Part shown: one piece after another, positions 14,945 to 25,396 of the stretch
Layout: each line of letters starts with the position of its first letter
Numbering within the stretch: position 1 is the stretch's first letter
Source of the DNA: Arthrobacter sp. OAP107
GTDB taxonomy: Bacteria > Actinomycetota > Actinomycetes > Actinomycetales > Micrococcaceae
NCBI RefSeq assembly: GCF_040546765.1
Contig: NZ_JBEPOK010000001.1
Span: 4,390,373 to 4,422,372 of the forward strand
Direction of reading: 5' to 3'
Length of the DNA stretch: 32,000 nucleotides
Translations under genes and position numbers: made by a program
The notes under the pieces: generated by a model
The model's database searches: none
The model's input: the letters and a program-made list of their open reading frames with translations, nothing else
Told to the model about the DNA's origin: nothing

Positions 14945-15766
14945 CTAATGCTCGAGTGCTATGGCCGCTCCGCGGTGCTCCACGCCGGAATTGGCAATGC
15001 GCAGGTGCCGGGCCGTGAAGTGCTTCAGCTGCTGCAACTGGTGGGCCGACAACCGGTCACACACCCAGTCCCAGTGCAGCGAGACGACGTCGCCCACTGC
15101 GAGCCCGGCCACGAACCCGGTCCCGTTCACGGCAAACTTGGCCGATTCCACCACGGGTTCGCCGATGTCCAGGGCCGTGCCGTCCCACACCAGCGGCCGG
15201 GACCGCACCACGGCGTCGTCGCCGGTCATTGCGAGCACCTGTCCCCAGCGGATCCGGCACCTGTCCAGCACGTTCAGTGCGGTGGCGTGCCGGCGCTCGT
15301 CGCGGAGCAGGCCCAGCCACGGATAGATTTCAAAGACGTGGAAACTGTGGTGCGGGACCCCGCCCGCCAGCACGCCTTCCACCAGGTGCGGAAACTGCCG
15401 TCCGGTGCGCGCCCGGAAGCGGTCCTCCATGGAATTTCCGATGTTCGTGATGCCGACGGAATCCAGCAGGGTGTTGCCCACCCAGTAGGCCTCCACCACG
15501 CGGGCATCCAGCGGATCGGCGATGCCGTGCGATCCCGCGATCAGTTCGAGGTACGGCCACGCGCCGGCAAAACCCTTGGCCAGTTCGCGGAGCCCCTGAT
15601 CCGTGACGCCGGACTGCCCATAGTGCAGCAGGGCATCACTGTCCGGCGGACCGCAGCTGCCCCGCGAATTGGGCGGATAGGCATAGCGGACAAACAACTG
15701 GGCACCATCGATAACCATCCCGTGGCCACCTTCTGCGAGCGTCTTCTGAAAGTAGCACCGGGCCAT
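14945..15766 (-). CDS. Conserved hypothetical protein (as I recall it, DUF6390-like), about 273 aa
   Basis: GAQLFVRYAYPPNSRGSCGPPDS...HSFHVFEIYPW...GDVVSLHWDWVCDRLS. The start is placed at ATG 15764-15766 (MARCYFQ...), with an alternative at ATG 15718. The N-terminal 188 codons of the listed 461-aa ORF overlap the opposite-strand binding-protein gene and are rejected. Confidence 0.6.
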   Translation of the reverse strand: MARCYFQKTLAEGGHGMVIDGAQLFVRYAYPPNSRGSCGPPDSDALLHYGQSGVTDQGLRELAKGFAGAWPYLELIAGSHGIADPLDARVVEAYWVGNTLLDSVGITNIGNSMEDRFRARTGRQFPHLVEGVLAGGVPHHSFHVFEIYPWLGLLRDERRHATALNVLDRCRIRWGQVLAMTGDDAVVRSRPLVWDGTALDIGEPVVESAKFAVNGTGFVAGLAVGDVVSLHWDWVCDRLSAHQLQQLKHFTARHLRIANSGVEHRGAAIALEH

Positions 15767-15899
15767 GGCGCCGACAAGGGACGGGCCGCCGCCGGCAATT
15801 CCCGGAACGCAGCCGGCAATCCCTGGAGCGCCGGCGAAGGCGTTGACAGCCCTGCCCCCAAAGCGGATGCTGTGAGGACCCACTCGCAGGGAGTCAACG

Positions 15900-17033
15900 A
15901 TGACAGCTGCAGACCTGAACCGCCGCGCCGCCCTACAGGTGTTTATTGCCGGCGGCTCCGCCGCCCTGCTGGCCGGGTGCGGTGCATCCGGCACCGCACC
16001 GCCGTCGTCCCCTTCGGGCAGCACCAACAGCATCAGCCTCACGGACCAGCGCGGCAAAACCCTCTCCTTCGCCCGGCCGGTGGCCCGGGTGGTGACCATC
16101 CCGATGCCGTCGGCGTCGCTGCTGGTGGCCGTCGACCGCAGCGCCGACCACCTCGCGGCCATGCACAACGCCTCCTGGGCGGCCATGCGCGACGGCGTCA
16201 TGGGCACCATGTTTCCGGCCGCCCTGGACCTCCCCCACGACATCGCCACGCAGGACTTCACCGCCAACGTTGAGAGCATCCGGGCCCTCAACCCGGACAT
16301 GGTGGTCCAATGGTCGGACGCGCAGCTCATCGAACCCCTGGAGAAGGCGGGACTTCAGGTGCTGGGACTGAAGAACTCCGGAACCCAGGAGGATGTGGAC
16401 GCCTGGGTCAGCATGTTCGCCACCATGCTCGGCAAGCCCGACCGTGCCACCGAGCTCAAAACCCGCAGCGACCAGGAGCTTGCCGAGGTCAGGTCCCTGG
16501 CGGCCGGACGGGCGTCCAAGGGCCCAAGCATCCTGTACTTCAACCGCTTCACGGGCGGACTCAAGGTTGCCGGCGCCAACAGCTACAACGACTTCTACAT
16601 CAAGCTGGTGGGCGGCTCCAACCCGCCCACCGGCAAGGACCCCCTGACCGGTTCCGGCATGGTGGGCGTCGACATCGAGCAGGTGCTGCGCTGGGACCCC
16701 GAGGTCATCCTGCTGGGCAACTTCGACGCCGCCATGCCGCAGGACGTCTACTCGGACCCGGTGTGGCAGAACGTGGCCGCGGTGCGCTCGAAGCGCGTGT
16801 ACAAGGTCCCGCTGGGCGGCTACCGCTGGGATCCGCCCGGGCAGGAGTCACCGCTGATGTGGCACTGGCTCGGCGACATCGCCTTCCCGCAGCAGAGGTC
16901 CGCGGTGCGGAGCAAGGCGTCCGAATACTTCAGGTTCCTGTACAACCACGAGCTCACCAAGGGTGAACTGGACAAGATTCTCTGGACCGCGGAAAACGGG
17001 CAGTCCGCCGACTACCGGCAGTTCAATGCTTGA
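15900..17033 (+). CDS. ABC transporter substrate-binding lipoprotein, FecB/BtuF-type (Peripla_BP_2, for siderophore, heme or another metal chelate)
   Basis: The N-terminus NRRAALQVFIAGGSAALLAGCG carries a twin-Arg-like leader and an LAGC lipobox. Class III binding-protein architecture. FecCD permease and ATPase genes follow. Confidence 0.85.
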   Translation: MTAADLNRRAALQVFIAGGSAALLAGCGASGTAPPSSPSGSTNSISLTDQRGKTLSFARPVARVVTIPMPSASLLVAVDRSADHLAAMHNASWAAMRDGVMGTMFPAALDLPHDIATQDFTANVESIRALNPDMVVQWSDAQLIEPLEKAGLQVLGLKNSGTQEDVDAWVSMFATMLGKPDRATELKTRSDQELAEVRSLAAGRASKGPSILYFNRFTGGLKVAGANSYNDFYIKLVGGSNPPTGKDPLTGSGMVGVDIEQVLRWDPEVILLGNFDAAMPQDVYSDPVWQNVAAVRSKRVYKVPLGGYRWDPPGQESPLMWHWLGDIAFPQQRSAVRSKASEYFRFLYNHELTKGELDKILWTAENGQSADYRQFNA

Positions 17034-18186
17034 TGGGGCCGGTTCCCCGCGCTTGCGCAGGCGGCCGCGGCCGGCGCAGCCGGCACTGCCGCGGGCGGGG
17101 CCTTTTCCTGCCCCGGACGGCACTGCAAATCAAACCGTAGGGAGGCGCCGGGAGGGAGAACGACGGCGGGAAGCCGCCGTCGTCGTTCCCATCGCCTTAG
17201 CTGCCTGCTTCCTTGCCGCCGTCGCGGTGCTGGCGCTGGCGGTGGGGCGGTACAGCGTGCCGCTGGACCACGTGGTCCAGATCCTGGCCGGGCAACTCGC
17301 GCCGGTTCCGGTTCAGGCCACCGGCACCGAGCAGAATGTGGTGCTGCTGGTCCGGTTGCCCCGGGTCCTGCTCGCCTTGCTGGTGGGCGGCGGCCTGGCC
17401 ATCGGCGGCGCCGCGCTGCAGGCCATTTTCCGCAACCCCCTGGTCAGCCCCGAGATCATCGGGGTGTCTGCCGGCGCATCCTTCGGCGGCGCCCTGGCGC
17501 TGCTGCTCGGCCTGGGTCCGTTCCTGCTGGTGGGCGGTTCCTTTGCCTGCGGGCTGCTGGCCCTCGGGACGCTGTTCCTGATCACCTCGGGACGCTCGGG
17601 CACACCGATGCTCATGATCGTGCTCGGCGGTGTGGTCACCGGGTCCTTCTTTTCGGCCCTGGTGGCACTGGTGACCTACATTGCGGACCCCAACACCACA
17701 CTGCCCGCCATCGTCTTCTGGCTGCTGGGCAGCGTGTCCACGGCCACCTTCGGCAAAGTCGCCGTGGCCCTGATCCCTGTCCTCGGCGGGGCCGCCGTCC
17801 TCCTGGCCCTGCGCTGGCGGATCAACGTGCTGTCCCTCGGCGACGAGGACGCTGCTGCCCTTGGTGTCCGCCCCCGCCCGCTCCGCTGGGTGGTGCTCGT
17901 GGCCGTGGCCCTGATCGTGGCCGGTGCGGTGGCGGTCAGCGGCGCCGTCAGCTGGGTGGGCCTGGTGATCCCGCACCTCGCCAGGATGTGGGTGGGCCCG
18001 GACCACCGGGTCCTCCTGCCCGTGTCCTTCCTGCTCGGCGGCGCCTACATCGTCCTGGTGGACACCATCGCCCGGACGGCCACCGCCGGGGAAATCCCGC
18101 TCGGCGTCCTCACGGCCCTGATCGGCGCGCCCGTGTTCTTCATGCTCCTGCACCGGAACCGCGAGAAGGTCTGGGACAGTGCTTGA
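17026..18186 (+). CDS. FecCD-family ABC transporter permease
   Basis: Multiple TM segments. Typical motifs: LLVGGGLAIGGAALQAIFRNPLVSPEIIGVSAGA and LTALIGAPVFFMLL. The start is uncertain: ATG 17026 (8-nt overlap with the upstream stop) or ATG 16963. Confidence 0.82.
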   Translation: MLDGAGSPRLRRRPRPAQPALPRAGPFPAPDGTANQTVGRRREGERRREAAVVVPIALAACFLAAVAVLALAVGRYSVPLDHVVQILAGQLAPVPVQATGTEQNVVLLVRLPRVLLALLVGGGLAIGGAALQAIFRNPLVSPEIIGVSAGASFGGALALLLGLGPFLLVGGSFACGLLALGTLFLITSGRSGTPMLMIVLGGVVTGSFFSALVALVTYIADPNTTLPAIVFWLLGSVSTATFGKVAVALIPVLGGAAVLLALRWRINVLSLGDEDAAALGVRPRPLRWVVLVAVALIVAGAVAVSGAVSWVGLVIPHLARMWVGPDHRVLLPVSFLLGGAYIVLVDTIARTATAGEIPLGVLTALIGAPVFFMLLHRNREKVWDSA

Positions 18187-18937
18187 ACTCGACGGCGTTG
18201 GCTTCGGCTATTCGTCCCGGGACTGGGTGTTCCGCGGCGTCAGTTTCCGTGTGCCGCCGGGAACTGCCACCGCCGTGCTGGGCCCCAACGGCAGCGGCAA
18301 GACCACGCTGGTGCGCTGCGCCGCGGGGTTGCTAGACCCGCGGGAGGGAACCGTCCGGCGGAGTGAAAGCGCCGGCTACGTGCCGCAGGCGCATGGCAGC
18401 GCCTTTGCCTACCGGGCGCTGGACATGGTCCTGATGGGGCGGGCGCGGCACGTTGGCGTGTTCCGGACACCCGGTCCGTCCGACCACGCGGCAGCACTGG
18501 AGGCGATGGAGCGGGTGGGCGCGGCCGGGCTGCGGGACCGGCGTTTCCCCACACTGAGCGGCGGCGAGCAGCAGCTGGTCCTGATCGCCCGGGCCATTGC
18601 CGCCGGCTCGCCCATCCTGGTGCTGGACGAGCCCGCCACCGGCCTCGACCTCAAGAACCAGGCCCGGGTACTGACGCTGCTGCGCGAACTGATGGCCGAC
18701 GGCATGGCCCTGCTCCTGAGCACCCACCATCCAGATCACGCCCTGCACCTGGCCGACCGCGTGGTCCTGCTGGGCTCGGGCGGCGTGCGGACAGGCCCGG
18801 CCGCGGAACTCCTGACCGACGCCCAGCTGTCCGCCCTCTACGGCGTGCGCGTTAGCACCGTGGCTTACTCCGACGACGGCGACGGTGTCCCCAGCACGAC
18901 GCCCCGCCGTACCATCGTGGTGCACTACGGCAGCTGA
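18179..18937 (+). CDS. ABC transporter ATP-binding protein (FecE/FepC-like)
   Basis: Walker A GPNGSGKTTL, signature LSGGEQQ, Walker B ILVLDEP, and H-loop STHH. The GTG start overlaps the permease stop by 8 nt. Confidence 0.9.
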   Translation: MLELDGVGFGYSSRDWVFRGVSFRVPPGTATAVLGPNGSGKTTLVRCAAGLLDPREGTVRRSESAGYVPQAHGSAFAYRALDMVLMGRARHVGVFRTPGPSDHAAALEAMERVGAAGLRDRRFPTLSGGEQQLVLIARAIAAGSPILVLDEPATGLDLKNQARVLTLLRELMADGMALLLSTHHPDHALHLADRVVLLGSGGVRTGPAAELLTDAQLSALYGVRVSTVAYSDDGDGVPSTTPRRTIVVHYGS

Positions 18938-19066
18938 CGCTTCCTCCGATCCCGCCGCTTAACCCCCAACGCTCCCTCAGCGGATGAGGAAGCGTTGCGG
19001 CAAACCCGACGAAAAGTGAGGACGCGTCCCGGGGAAACCTGCGGGAGGTGAGGCCGCGTCCGGGGG

Positions 19067-21877
19067 CTACCCGGTGTTGCGGAGGCCTGCTGCCACGCCG
19101 TTGACGGTGATGAGCATGGCCCGCTGCAGGCGCTCGTCGATCTCGCCGCCGGTAATGCCGGCGCCTTCTGCACGCACGCGGCGGAGCAGTTCCACCTGGA
19201 GGTAGCTGATCGGGTCGAGGTACTGGTCACGGATTTCCAGGGACCGCTTGAGCGTGGGCTGGGCGTCCAGCAGCACGTTCTCGCCGGTGAGGTTCTGGAT
19301 CTCGGAGACGGTGAGCTCGTACTCGTCACGGATGGCTCGGAAGAGGTGGTGCAGCTCCGCCGGGACCAGGGTGTCCACGTAGTATCCGGCGATCTCCATG
19401 TCCGTCTTGGCCAGGGTCATCTCCACGTTGGACAGCACCGAACGGAAGAAGTGCCAGCCGTTCATCATCTCCACGAGCTGGGCGGAGTTCCCGGCTTCGC
19501 GTGCCGCCTTCAGCCCGGAGCCGACGCCGAACCAGCCCGGCACGATCTGCCGCGACTGGGTCCAGCCGAACACCCACGGGATGGCGCGCAGGCCGCCCAG
19601 CCCGGCACCGGAGTCCGGGCGCTTGGACGGGCGGGAGCCGATGTTCAGCGAACCAAGCTGCTCCACCGGCGTCGAGGCCAGGAAGTACGCCGGCAGGTCC
19701 GGGTGGTCGATGAGGCTGCGGTAGCGGGCGAACGCGGCGTCGGAGATGGTCTCCATGACGTGGCCGAACCGCTCACGCTGGTCGTCCGAGGTGCGCGGCG
19801 TGCGGTGCAGCGCAGACCCCTGCAGCACGGCAGCGAGGGACAGTTCCAGGTTTTCGCGGGCAAGCTCCGGCAGGGAGTACTTGTCCGAAATGACCTCGCC
19901 CTGTTCGGTGAACTTGATTTCGCCCTCGAGGACACCGTTCGGCTGCGCCATGATCGCGTCGTAGGTGGGTCCGCCGCCGCGGCCCACGGAACCCCCGCGG
20001 CCGTGGAACAGGCGCACGCGGACGCCGTGCTTGGTGGCGATGTCGCGCAGCTTGCGCTGGGTCTTGTGGATCTCCCACTGGCTGGTCATCACGCCGGATT
20101 CCTTGTTGGAGTCCGAGTAGCCGAGCATGACTTCCTGGACGTCCCCGCGCAGCCGGACCAGCTCGCGGTAGGAGGGATCGGACAGCAGCTGGTCCACGAT
20201 CTCCGCCGAGGCACGCAGCTCCTCAACGGTTTCCAGCAGCGGCGCGAAGCCGATCTTGGCGTACGGGGCGTCACCGAATAGGCTGACCAGGCCGGCCTCG
20301 CGGGCCAGGACCGCGGCGGCCAGGACGTCGTCGGCGCCGCGGGTCATGGAAATGATGTACGTCTCGATCACGTCCGGGCCGTAGGTGCGCAGGGCGCGGC
20401 GGATCTCCCGGAAGACGTCGTACGTGCCGTCAGCGGCGCCGTCGAGCTTGATCGGGTGGCCGGACAGCGGACGGCGGGAGGCGAGTTCGGCACTCAGGAC
20501 CTCGAGCCGCTCTTCCCGGGTCAGCTCGGCATAGCGGATGCCGGGGCCGCCGAGGCGGTCCATGAGCTGCCCGACGGCGTCATGGTGGTGGTCTGCATGC
20601 TCGCGGATGTCGAGGGTGGCCAGGTGCAGGCCAAACGAGGCGATGGCCCGGCGGACACGGGCCAGCGCGCCGTCCGCGGCGAGGGCCGCCGAGTGGTTGC
20701 GCAAGGACAGCTCCAGCAGCTCGAGCTCGCCGATCAGGTCCTCGGTGGAGGTATAGTCGCGGCCCGGCTGGTGCTTGGCTTCGGAGGCGACGCGCTTGCC
20801 GGTGTTGATGAGCTTGGCCTTGATGCAGGTCAGCTTCAGCCGGTAGGGCTCCTGGGCGTTGAGTTCCAGGATGCGGGGGTCAAGGCCGGGCAGCTTCGCG
20901 AGGTCGGCGTCGATCGAATCGAGCAGTGCCTGGTCCGCACCGGCCAGGGCGGTGGAGTTGGACAGGACCGAGATCAGCTCGTCGATCATGGCGATGCTGA
21001 TCCGCACCGCGTTCTGGTTCTGCAACTGCAGGATCTCGTGGGTCACGGCCGCGGTGACGTTGGGGTTGCCGTCGCGGTCACCGCCGATCCAGGAACCAAA
21101 CCGGATGGGGGCGTTCTGGGCCGGCAGCGCGACGCCATGCTCGCCGAGGAGTTCCGAGAAATCCGTGAGCATCTCGGGCAGCGCGTCCGTCAGGATGCTG
21201 TTGAGATAGTAGATGGCGTTGCGGGCCTCATCCACCGGTGTGGGCCGGACCTGGCGCAGCTCGTCCGTCTGCCACATCTGGTCGATCATCTCGGACAGCT
21301 GGCGGTCCTGCCGGCGCCGGGCGCTGGTGCCTTCCTCGGTGGGCTGGGCCAGGACGTCCGAGAGCTTGCGGATCTTGTCCAGCACGGAACGGCGGGACGC
21401 CTCCGTGGGGTGCGCGGTGAAGATCGGGCGCACATCGAGTTCGTTGACGACTTCCTGCAGCACGGCCGGGCCGGCCTGGCCCGCGATGTCCTCGACGGCC
21501 TTGGCCAGCCAGCCGTCCTTCTCCTGCCGGGTGCGCAACCGGCGGACCCGGTGGACCTGCTCGGCGGCGTTGGCGAGGTGGAAGTAGAAGGCGAAGGCAC
21601 GGACCAGGTCGGTCGCCTGCTCGAGCGGCAGGGAGGCGAGGAGCTCGCGGACCTGGGCAACGACGTCGTGCGCGCTCCACGGCCCGGTGGCGTCCGCGCC
21701 GCCCCGGGCGGCCTCCTTGGATTCCTTGGTGAGCAGGCGCACCTGCTCCACGAGGTCAAGGAGTTCAGGGCCGTGCTGGCGGACCAGGGACTCGCCCAGC
21801 AGGGTGGAGACGCGGCGCACGTCCGCGCGGAGTTCGGCGGCGAGATCTGTTTCGGAATTCATTGCAGTGTCAGCCAT
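19067..21877 (-). CDS. ppc: Phosphoenolpyruvate carboxylase, 936 aa
   Basis: Motifs [18 protein letters not shown] and [14 protein letters not shown], plus the canonical C-terminus AAGLRNTG. Confidence 0.95.
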   Translation of the reverse strand: MADTAMNSETDLAAELRADVRRVSTLLGESLVRQHGPELLDLVEQVRLLTKESKEAARGGADATGPWSAHDVVAQVRELLASLPLEQATDLVRAFAFYFHLANAAEQVHRVRRLRTRQEKDGWLAKAVEDIAGQAGPAVLQEVVNELDVRPIFTAHPTEASRRSVLDKIRKLSDVLAQPTEEGTSARRRQDRQLSEMIDQMWQTDELRQVRPTPVDEARNAIYYLNSILTDALPEMLTDFSELLGEHGVALPAQNAPIRFGSWIGGDRDGNPNVTAAVTHEILQLQNQNAVRISIAMIDELISVLSNSTALAGADQALLDSIDADLAKLPGLDPRILELNAQEPYRLKLTCIKAKLINTGKRVASEAKHQPGRDYTSTEDLIGELELLELSLRNHSAALAADGALARVRRAIASFGLHLATLDIREHADHHHDAVGQLMDRLGGPGIRYAELTREERLEVLSAELASRRPLSGHPIKLDGAADGTYDVFREIRRALRTYGPDVIETYIISMTRGADDVLAAAVLAREAGLVSLFGDAPYAKIGFAPLLETVEELRASAEIVDQLLSDPSYRELVRLRGDVQEVMLGYSDSNKESGVMTSQWEIHKTQRKLRDIATKHGVRVRLFHGRGGSVGRGGGPTYDAIMAQPNGVLEGEIKFTEQGEVISDKYSLPELARENLELSLAAVLQGSALHRTPRTSDDQRERFGHVMETISDAAFARYRSLIDHPDLPAYFLASTPVEQLGSLNIGSRPSKRPDSGAGLGGLRAIPWVFGWTQSRQIVPGWFGVGSGLKAAREAGNSAQLVEMMNGWHFFRSVLSNVEMTLAKTDMEIAGYYVDTLVPAELHHLFRAIRDEYELTVSEIQNLTGENVLLDAQPTLKRSLEIRDQYLDPISYLQVELLRRVRAEGAGITGGEIDERLQRAMLITVNGVAAGLRNTG

Positions 21878-22252
21878 GGAAAACTATCTTTCGAGTGTTC
21901 GACTTTGGCTCGTACACTGCGCTGGATACTGTGAGCCGGGTTACTGTTCCTATGGGATGTTACCCGCAGCCGGCCGCAGCCCGGGAATATGTCTCAGATG
22001 TTGTCAGGCCCTTGAACCGGACCGGCCGGTCGCTGTATTTAGGGCGCTGCACCTGGAACATGGCCCCCGGGATCCGCCGGAACGGGGCCATTCACCAAGG
22101 CTACTCCGGCCGCGCGTCCGGGGGCAGTGCGCGGTTCCGGCGGCGCTTTTGACGGCGGAACCGGGGCCCGCGGAATGAAGCGGCTGGGCCCGGAGTTGAC
22201 CCCCATGGCCGGCCACGCACCGGCCGTAACACGCAGCACCGTTGGAGGACAC

Positions 22253-23071
22253 ATGAGCACCACAGCAGACGGCCAGCTCGAGCGCTGGCGCCGCTTCCGC
22301 AAGGGCCGCGACACCGCCCTCGCGGCCGAACACGGCTGGCTCACCCTCACCTCGTTCCAGTGGCTGGAAAGCCAGCCGGCCGCCGTCGACCTTGTCCCCG
22401 GACGGTGGTCAGCGGACGGTACGACGGCGACACTCACCGCAGCCGCGTCCGACGGGCTGACGCTCGTGGCGACCGGGGAGCCGGTGGACGGGACGGTTAC
22501 CGCCCGGCTCGCGGACGAGGAATCGCTGATGTGGGTGCAGTTCGGCGGCGCGGACGGCCGGCAGGTGGTGGTGGAGCTGGCGATGCGCGCCGACAGGTAC
22601 GCGCTCCGCACCCGGGATTCGTCGTCGCCGGTGTTCACCGGGTTCGACGGAGTGCCCACCTTTGACTTCCGGCCCGACCTTGCGGTGGAGGCAAGGTTCG
22701 AGCCCTACCCGGAGCCGGTGGATGTGCCCATTTCCACCGCCAACCCGCTGGTGGACGGGGTACATCGCAGCGTGGGCGAACTGGTGTTCCGGCTGCCCGG
22801 CAAGGACCACGAGTACCGGCTTCAGGCCGAAGAGGAGAAGCTGGGTGCCCTGACCGTCACGTTCCACGACGAGACCAACGGCGAATCGACCGACGAATGG
22901 CGCAAGGTGTCCACAGCCCGTCCCCGGCCAGACGGCTCCGTGGTGCTGGACTTCAACCGCGCCATCAACTACCCCAGCGCCTTCACGCCGTACGGCACCT
23001 GCCCCATGCCGGTGCGGAACAACAGCCTGGACGCCCGGATCGAGGCCGGTGAAAAGCAGCCCGCCTCCTGA
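22253..23071 (+). CDS. DUF1684 domain-containing protein, 272 aa
   Basis: The RBS GGAGGA (22244-22249) precedes the ATG at 22253. Sequence includes WRRFRKGRDTALAAEHGWLTLTSFQWL. The C-terminal end NYPSAFTPYGTCPMPVRNNSLDARIEAGEK is typical of this family. Confidence 0.8.
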   Translation: MSTTADGQLERWRRFRKGRDTALAAEHGWLTLTSFQWLESQPAAVDLVPGRWSADGTTATLTAAASDGLTLVATGEPVDGTVTARLADEESLMWVQFGGADGRQVVVELAMRADRYALRTRDSSSPVFTGFDGVPTFDFRPDLAVEARFEPYPEPVDVPISTANPLVDGVHRSVGELVFRLPGKDHEYRLQAEEEKLGALTVTFHDETNGESTDEWRKVSTARPRPDGSVVLDFNRAINYPSAFTPYGTCPMPVRNNSLDARIEAGEKQPAS

Positions 23072-23172
23072 AACACGGACCGTCATGCGCGAACTGGCAG
23101 CTGATGCCCTCAAAACGGAGATTTCCGGGCATTACCTGCCAGTTCGCGCTTCGCTCTGGGCCTGGAGAACCG

Positions 23173-24405
23173 TCAGGCGATTGCGGAGACGCCGGTGACC
23201 GCCCGGCCCACGATCAGCGTGTTGATCTCGAACGAGCCCTCATAGGTGTAGATGGCCTCGGCGTCGGCGAAGATCTTGGCCATCCGGTAGTCCGTGACGA
23301 TGCCGTTGCCACCCAGGATGGACCGGCCCATTGCCACGGTTTCGCGCATTCTCGCCGACGTGTAGGACTTGGCCAGCGCCACCTGCGCCATCCCGGCGCC
23401 CTGCTCCTGCAGCTGGGCGATCCTGACCATCATGCCCATACTCGCCACCGCGTTCCCCAGCATGGACACCAGCTGCTGCTGGATGAGCTGGAACCTCGCC
23501 AGCGGACGGCCGAACTGCTGGCGTTCGACGGCGTACTGCCGGGCGACGTCGAACGCCGCCAGCTGCTGCCCCACCGCCTGCCAGGCCACCATGATGCGGG
23601 AACCGCGGAGCAGCTCGTTGGTGTCCTCGAAACTGCCGATGCCGGCAAAGCGGTCCGCCTCGGCAACCCGGACGTCCTCGAACACTATGTCGGCGTTCTG
23701 CACCGTGCGCAGCGCGATCTTATTCTCGATGCGGCTCCGGCTCACCCCGGGCAGCGAAGCGTCCACGATGAAGCCGCGCACCGCGCCGTCGGCCTCGTCC
23801 CGCGCCCACACCAGCAGGTAGTCGCAGAACGTCCCGTTGCCGATCCACCGCTTGGCGCCGTTCAGCACCCAGCAGTCCCCGGCGTCGTCGGCCTCTCCCG
23901 TAACGCCGGATATCCGGCGTGCCCGCGTCTCCATGCCGCCGGCCACATCCGAGCCGTGGTCCGGTTCGGTCAGGGCAAAGGCGCCGGTGGTCCTGAGGTT
24001 CGAGGCGTTGGCGAGGTAGCGGCGGCGCTGGTCCTCGGAGCCGAAGCGGTAGAGCGATTCGACGAAGAGGTCGTGGTGGACCAGGAAAAACGTGGCGATC
24101 GAGGTGTCCACCCGCGTCATCTCCGCGATCACCAGCCCGGCGAACAGGTGGCTGTAGCCGCGCTGCGCCGGCGTGCTCAGCTCCAGGGCAGCCAGCTTGG
24201 GCAGGATGTGGGCCGGAAATTCGGCCCTGTTCCACCAGTCCCCCGCGAACGGCGCGATCTCCGCCGCCAGGAAATCCCGCAACTCGTTCAGCTTCCGCTG
24301 CTCGGCGGCGCTGAGCAGGGACTCGTACCCAAGAAAGTCAGCGGTAGGCAGGGTGTCGACGGCGGGTATCACGGGCGCGGTCGTGCCAAGTCCGGTGCGG
24401 CTCAC
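23173..24405 (-). CDS. Acyl-CoA dehydrogenase family protein (glutaryl-CoA dehydrogenase-like)
   Basis: Motifs [23 protein letters not shown] and [13 protein letters not shown]. The C-terminal [18 protein letters not shown] is an ACAD hallmark. The GTG start overlaps the upstream SDR stop (GTGA). Confidence 0.9.
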   Translation of the reverse strand: MSRTGLGTTAPVIPAVDTLPTADFLGYESLLSAAEQRKLNELRDFLAAEIAPFAGDWWNRAEFPAHILPKLAALELSTPAQRGYSHLFAGLVIAEMTRVDTSIATFFLVHHDLFVESLYRFGSEDQRRRYLANASNLRTTGAFALTEPDHGSDVAGGMETRARRISGVTGEADDAGDCWVLNGAKRWIGNGTFCDYLLVWARDEADGAVRGFIVDASLPGVSRSRIENKIALRTVQNADIVFEDVRVAEADRFAGIGSFEDTNELLRGSRIMVAWQAVGQQLAAFDVARQYAVERQQFGRPLARFQLIQQQLVSMLGNAVASMGMMVRIAQLQEQGAGMAQVALAKSYTSARMRETVAMGRSILGGNGIVTDYRMAKIFADAEAIYTYEGSFEINTLIVGRAVTGVSAIA

Positions 24406-25220
24406 TTGGGACCCATCCGGATGGCGCCGTCGAGGCGGATGGTTTCGCCGTTGAGCATCGCGTTCTCCACGATGTGCGCGGCGAGGTTGGCGTACTCGGC
24501 GGGCCGGCCCAGCCGGGAGGGGTGGGGCACCTGCCGGCCCAGTGACTCCTGTGCCTCCTGCGGCAGCCCGGCCATCATCGGCGTCTCGAAGATCCCGGGC
24601 GCTATGGTGACCACGCGGATCAGGGACCGGGCCAGTTCACGGGCCAGCGGCAGGGTCATGGCGGCCACTCCGCCCTTGGATGCGGCGTAGGCAGGCTGGC
24701 CGATCTGCCCGTCGAACGCGGCCACCGAGGCGGTGTTGATGATGACACCGCGTTCCTCACCACCCAACTCCGTGACGGCAGGCTCGGTGGCGGCCATTGC
24801 GGCCGAGGCCAGCCGGACCACGTTGAACGTCCCCACCAGGTTGATCTGGATGACGCGCTGGAACGTCTCCAGCGGCAGCACGCCGTCGCGGCCCAGGACC
24901 TTGCCCGGCGTGGCGATGCCCGCACAGTTCACCACGATCCGCAAGGGTCCCAGTCCGGCGGCGGCGTCGACGGCGGCCTGCACCTGGTCCTCGCTGGTCA
25001 CATCAGCGGGCACGAAAACCGCCTTGGGGGCCACCGCCTGATGGCCCCCAAGGTTCTGCGGGCCGGCCGCGTTCAGCTCCCCGGCATACGCGGCGCCGGC
25101 CGAAGAGGCGAGATCGGCCAGCACCACGGAGGCGCCGGCGTCGAACAGCCGCCGGGCCGTTGCGGCGCCCAGGCCGGACGCACCACCCGTGATGAGCGCG
25201 ACGGAACCCTCGATATCCAT
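24402..25220 (-). CDS. SDR-family 3-hydroxyacyl-CoA dehydrogenase (type-2 / HSD17B10-like)
   Basis: N-terminal [18 protein letters not shown] is the TGxxxGxG motif. Also [12 protein letters not shown] (the YxxxK catalytic motif) and [10 protein letters not shown]. Confidence 0.9.
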   Translation of the reverse strand: MDIEGSVALITGGASGLGAATARRLFDAGASVVLADLASSAGAAYAGELNAAGPQNLGGHQAVAPKAVFVPADVTSEDQVQAAVDAAAGLGPLRIVVNCAGIATPGKVLGRDGVLPLETFQRVIQINLVGTFNVVRLASAAMAATEPAVTELGGEERGVIINTASVAAFDGQIGQPAYAASKGGVAAMTLPLARELARSLIRVVTIAPGIFETPMMAGLPQEAQESLGRQVPHPSRLGRPAEYANLAAHIVENAMLNGETIRLDGAIRMGPK

Positions 25221-25396
25221 ACATCCTCCTTGATGCGGAACCGGTCGATGCGGTCCGGATCCGGCCGCGAACGTTAGTTAGTGAATGTTAACTGAAATGG
25301 GCGGCGGATGCACCCGCGCCGCACGGTCGCCGTCACACGGTTGCAAGGCACTGTTGCAGGGCGCGCTTGCAGGGCGCTTTTCGTTAGGCTGGCCGC

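Noticed and set aside
15767-15899. A possible cobalamin riboswitch or IdeR box upstream of the FecB/BtuF-type binding-protein gene
   Set aside because: The region is only 133 nt long. It has no B12-box-like GCCACTG core and no TTAGG...CCTAA palindrome. Only a weak TTGACA-N17-GATGCT promoter-like pair was seen.
15767-16330. The upstream part of the listed 461-aa ORF 14945-16330
   Set aside because: It runs antisense through the start of the substrate-binding lipoprotein gene (15900 onward) and has no family resemblance. The conserved part begins near MARCYFQ / MVIDGAQLFVRYAYPPN.
18937-19066. A 10-bp inverted repeat, ACGCTTCCTC / GAGGAAGCGT (18937-18946 / 18986-18995), and two GTGAGG(A/C)CGCGTCC direct copies between the ABC ATPase and ppc
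   Set aside because: The loop is long (39 nt) and there is no U-tract. It may serve as a weak bidirectional terminator, but support is too thin to annotate.
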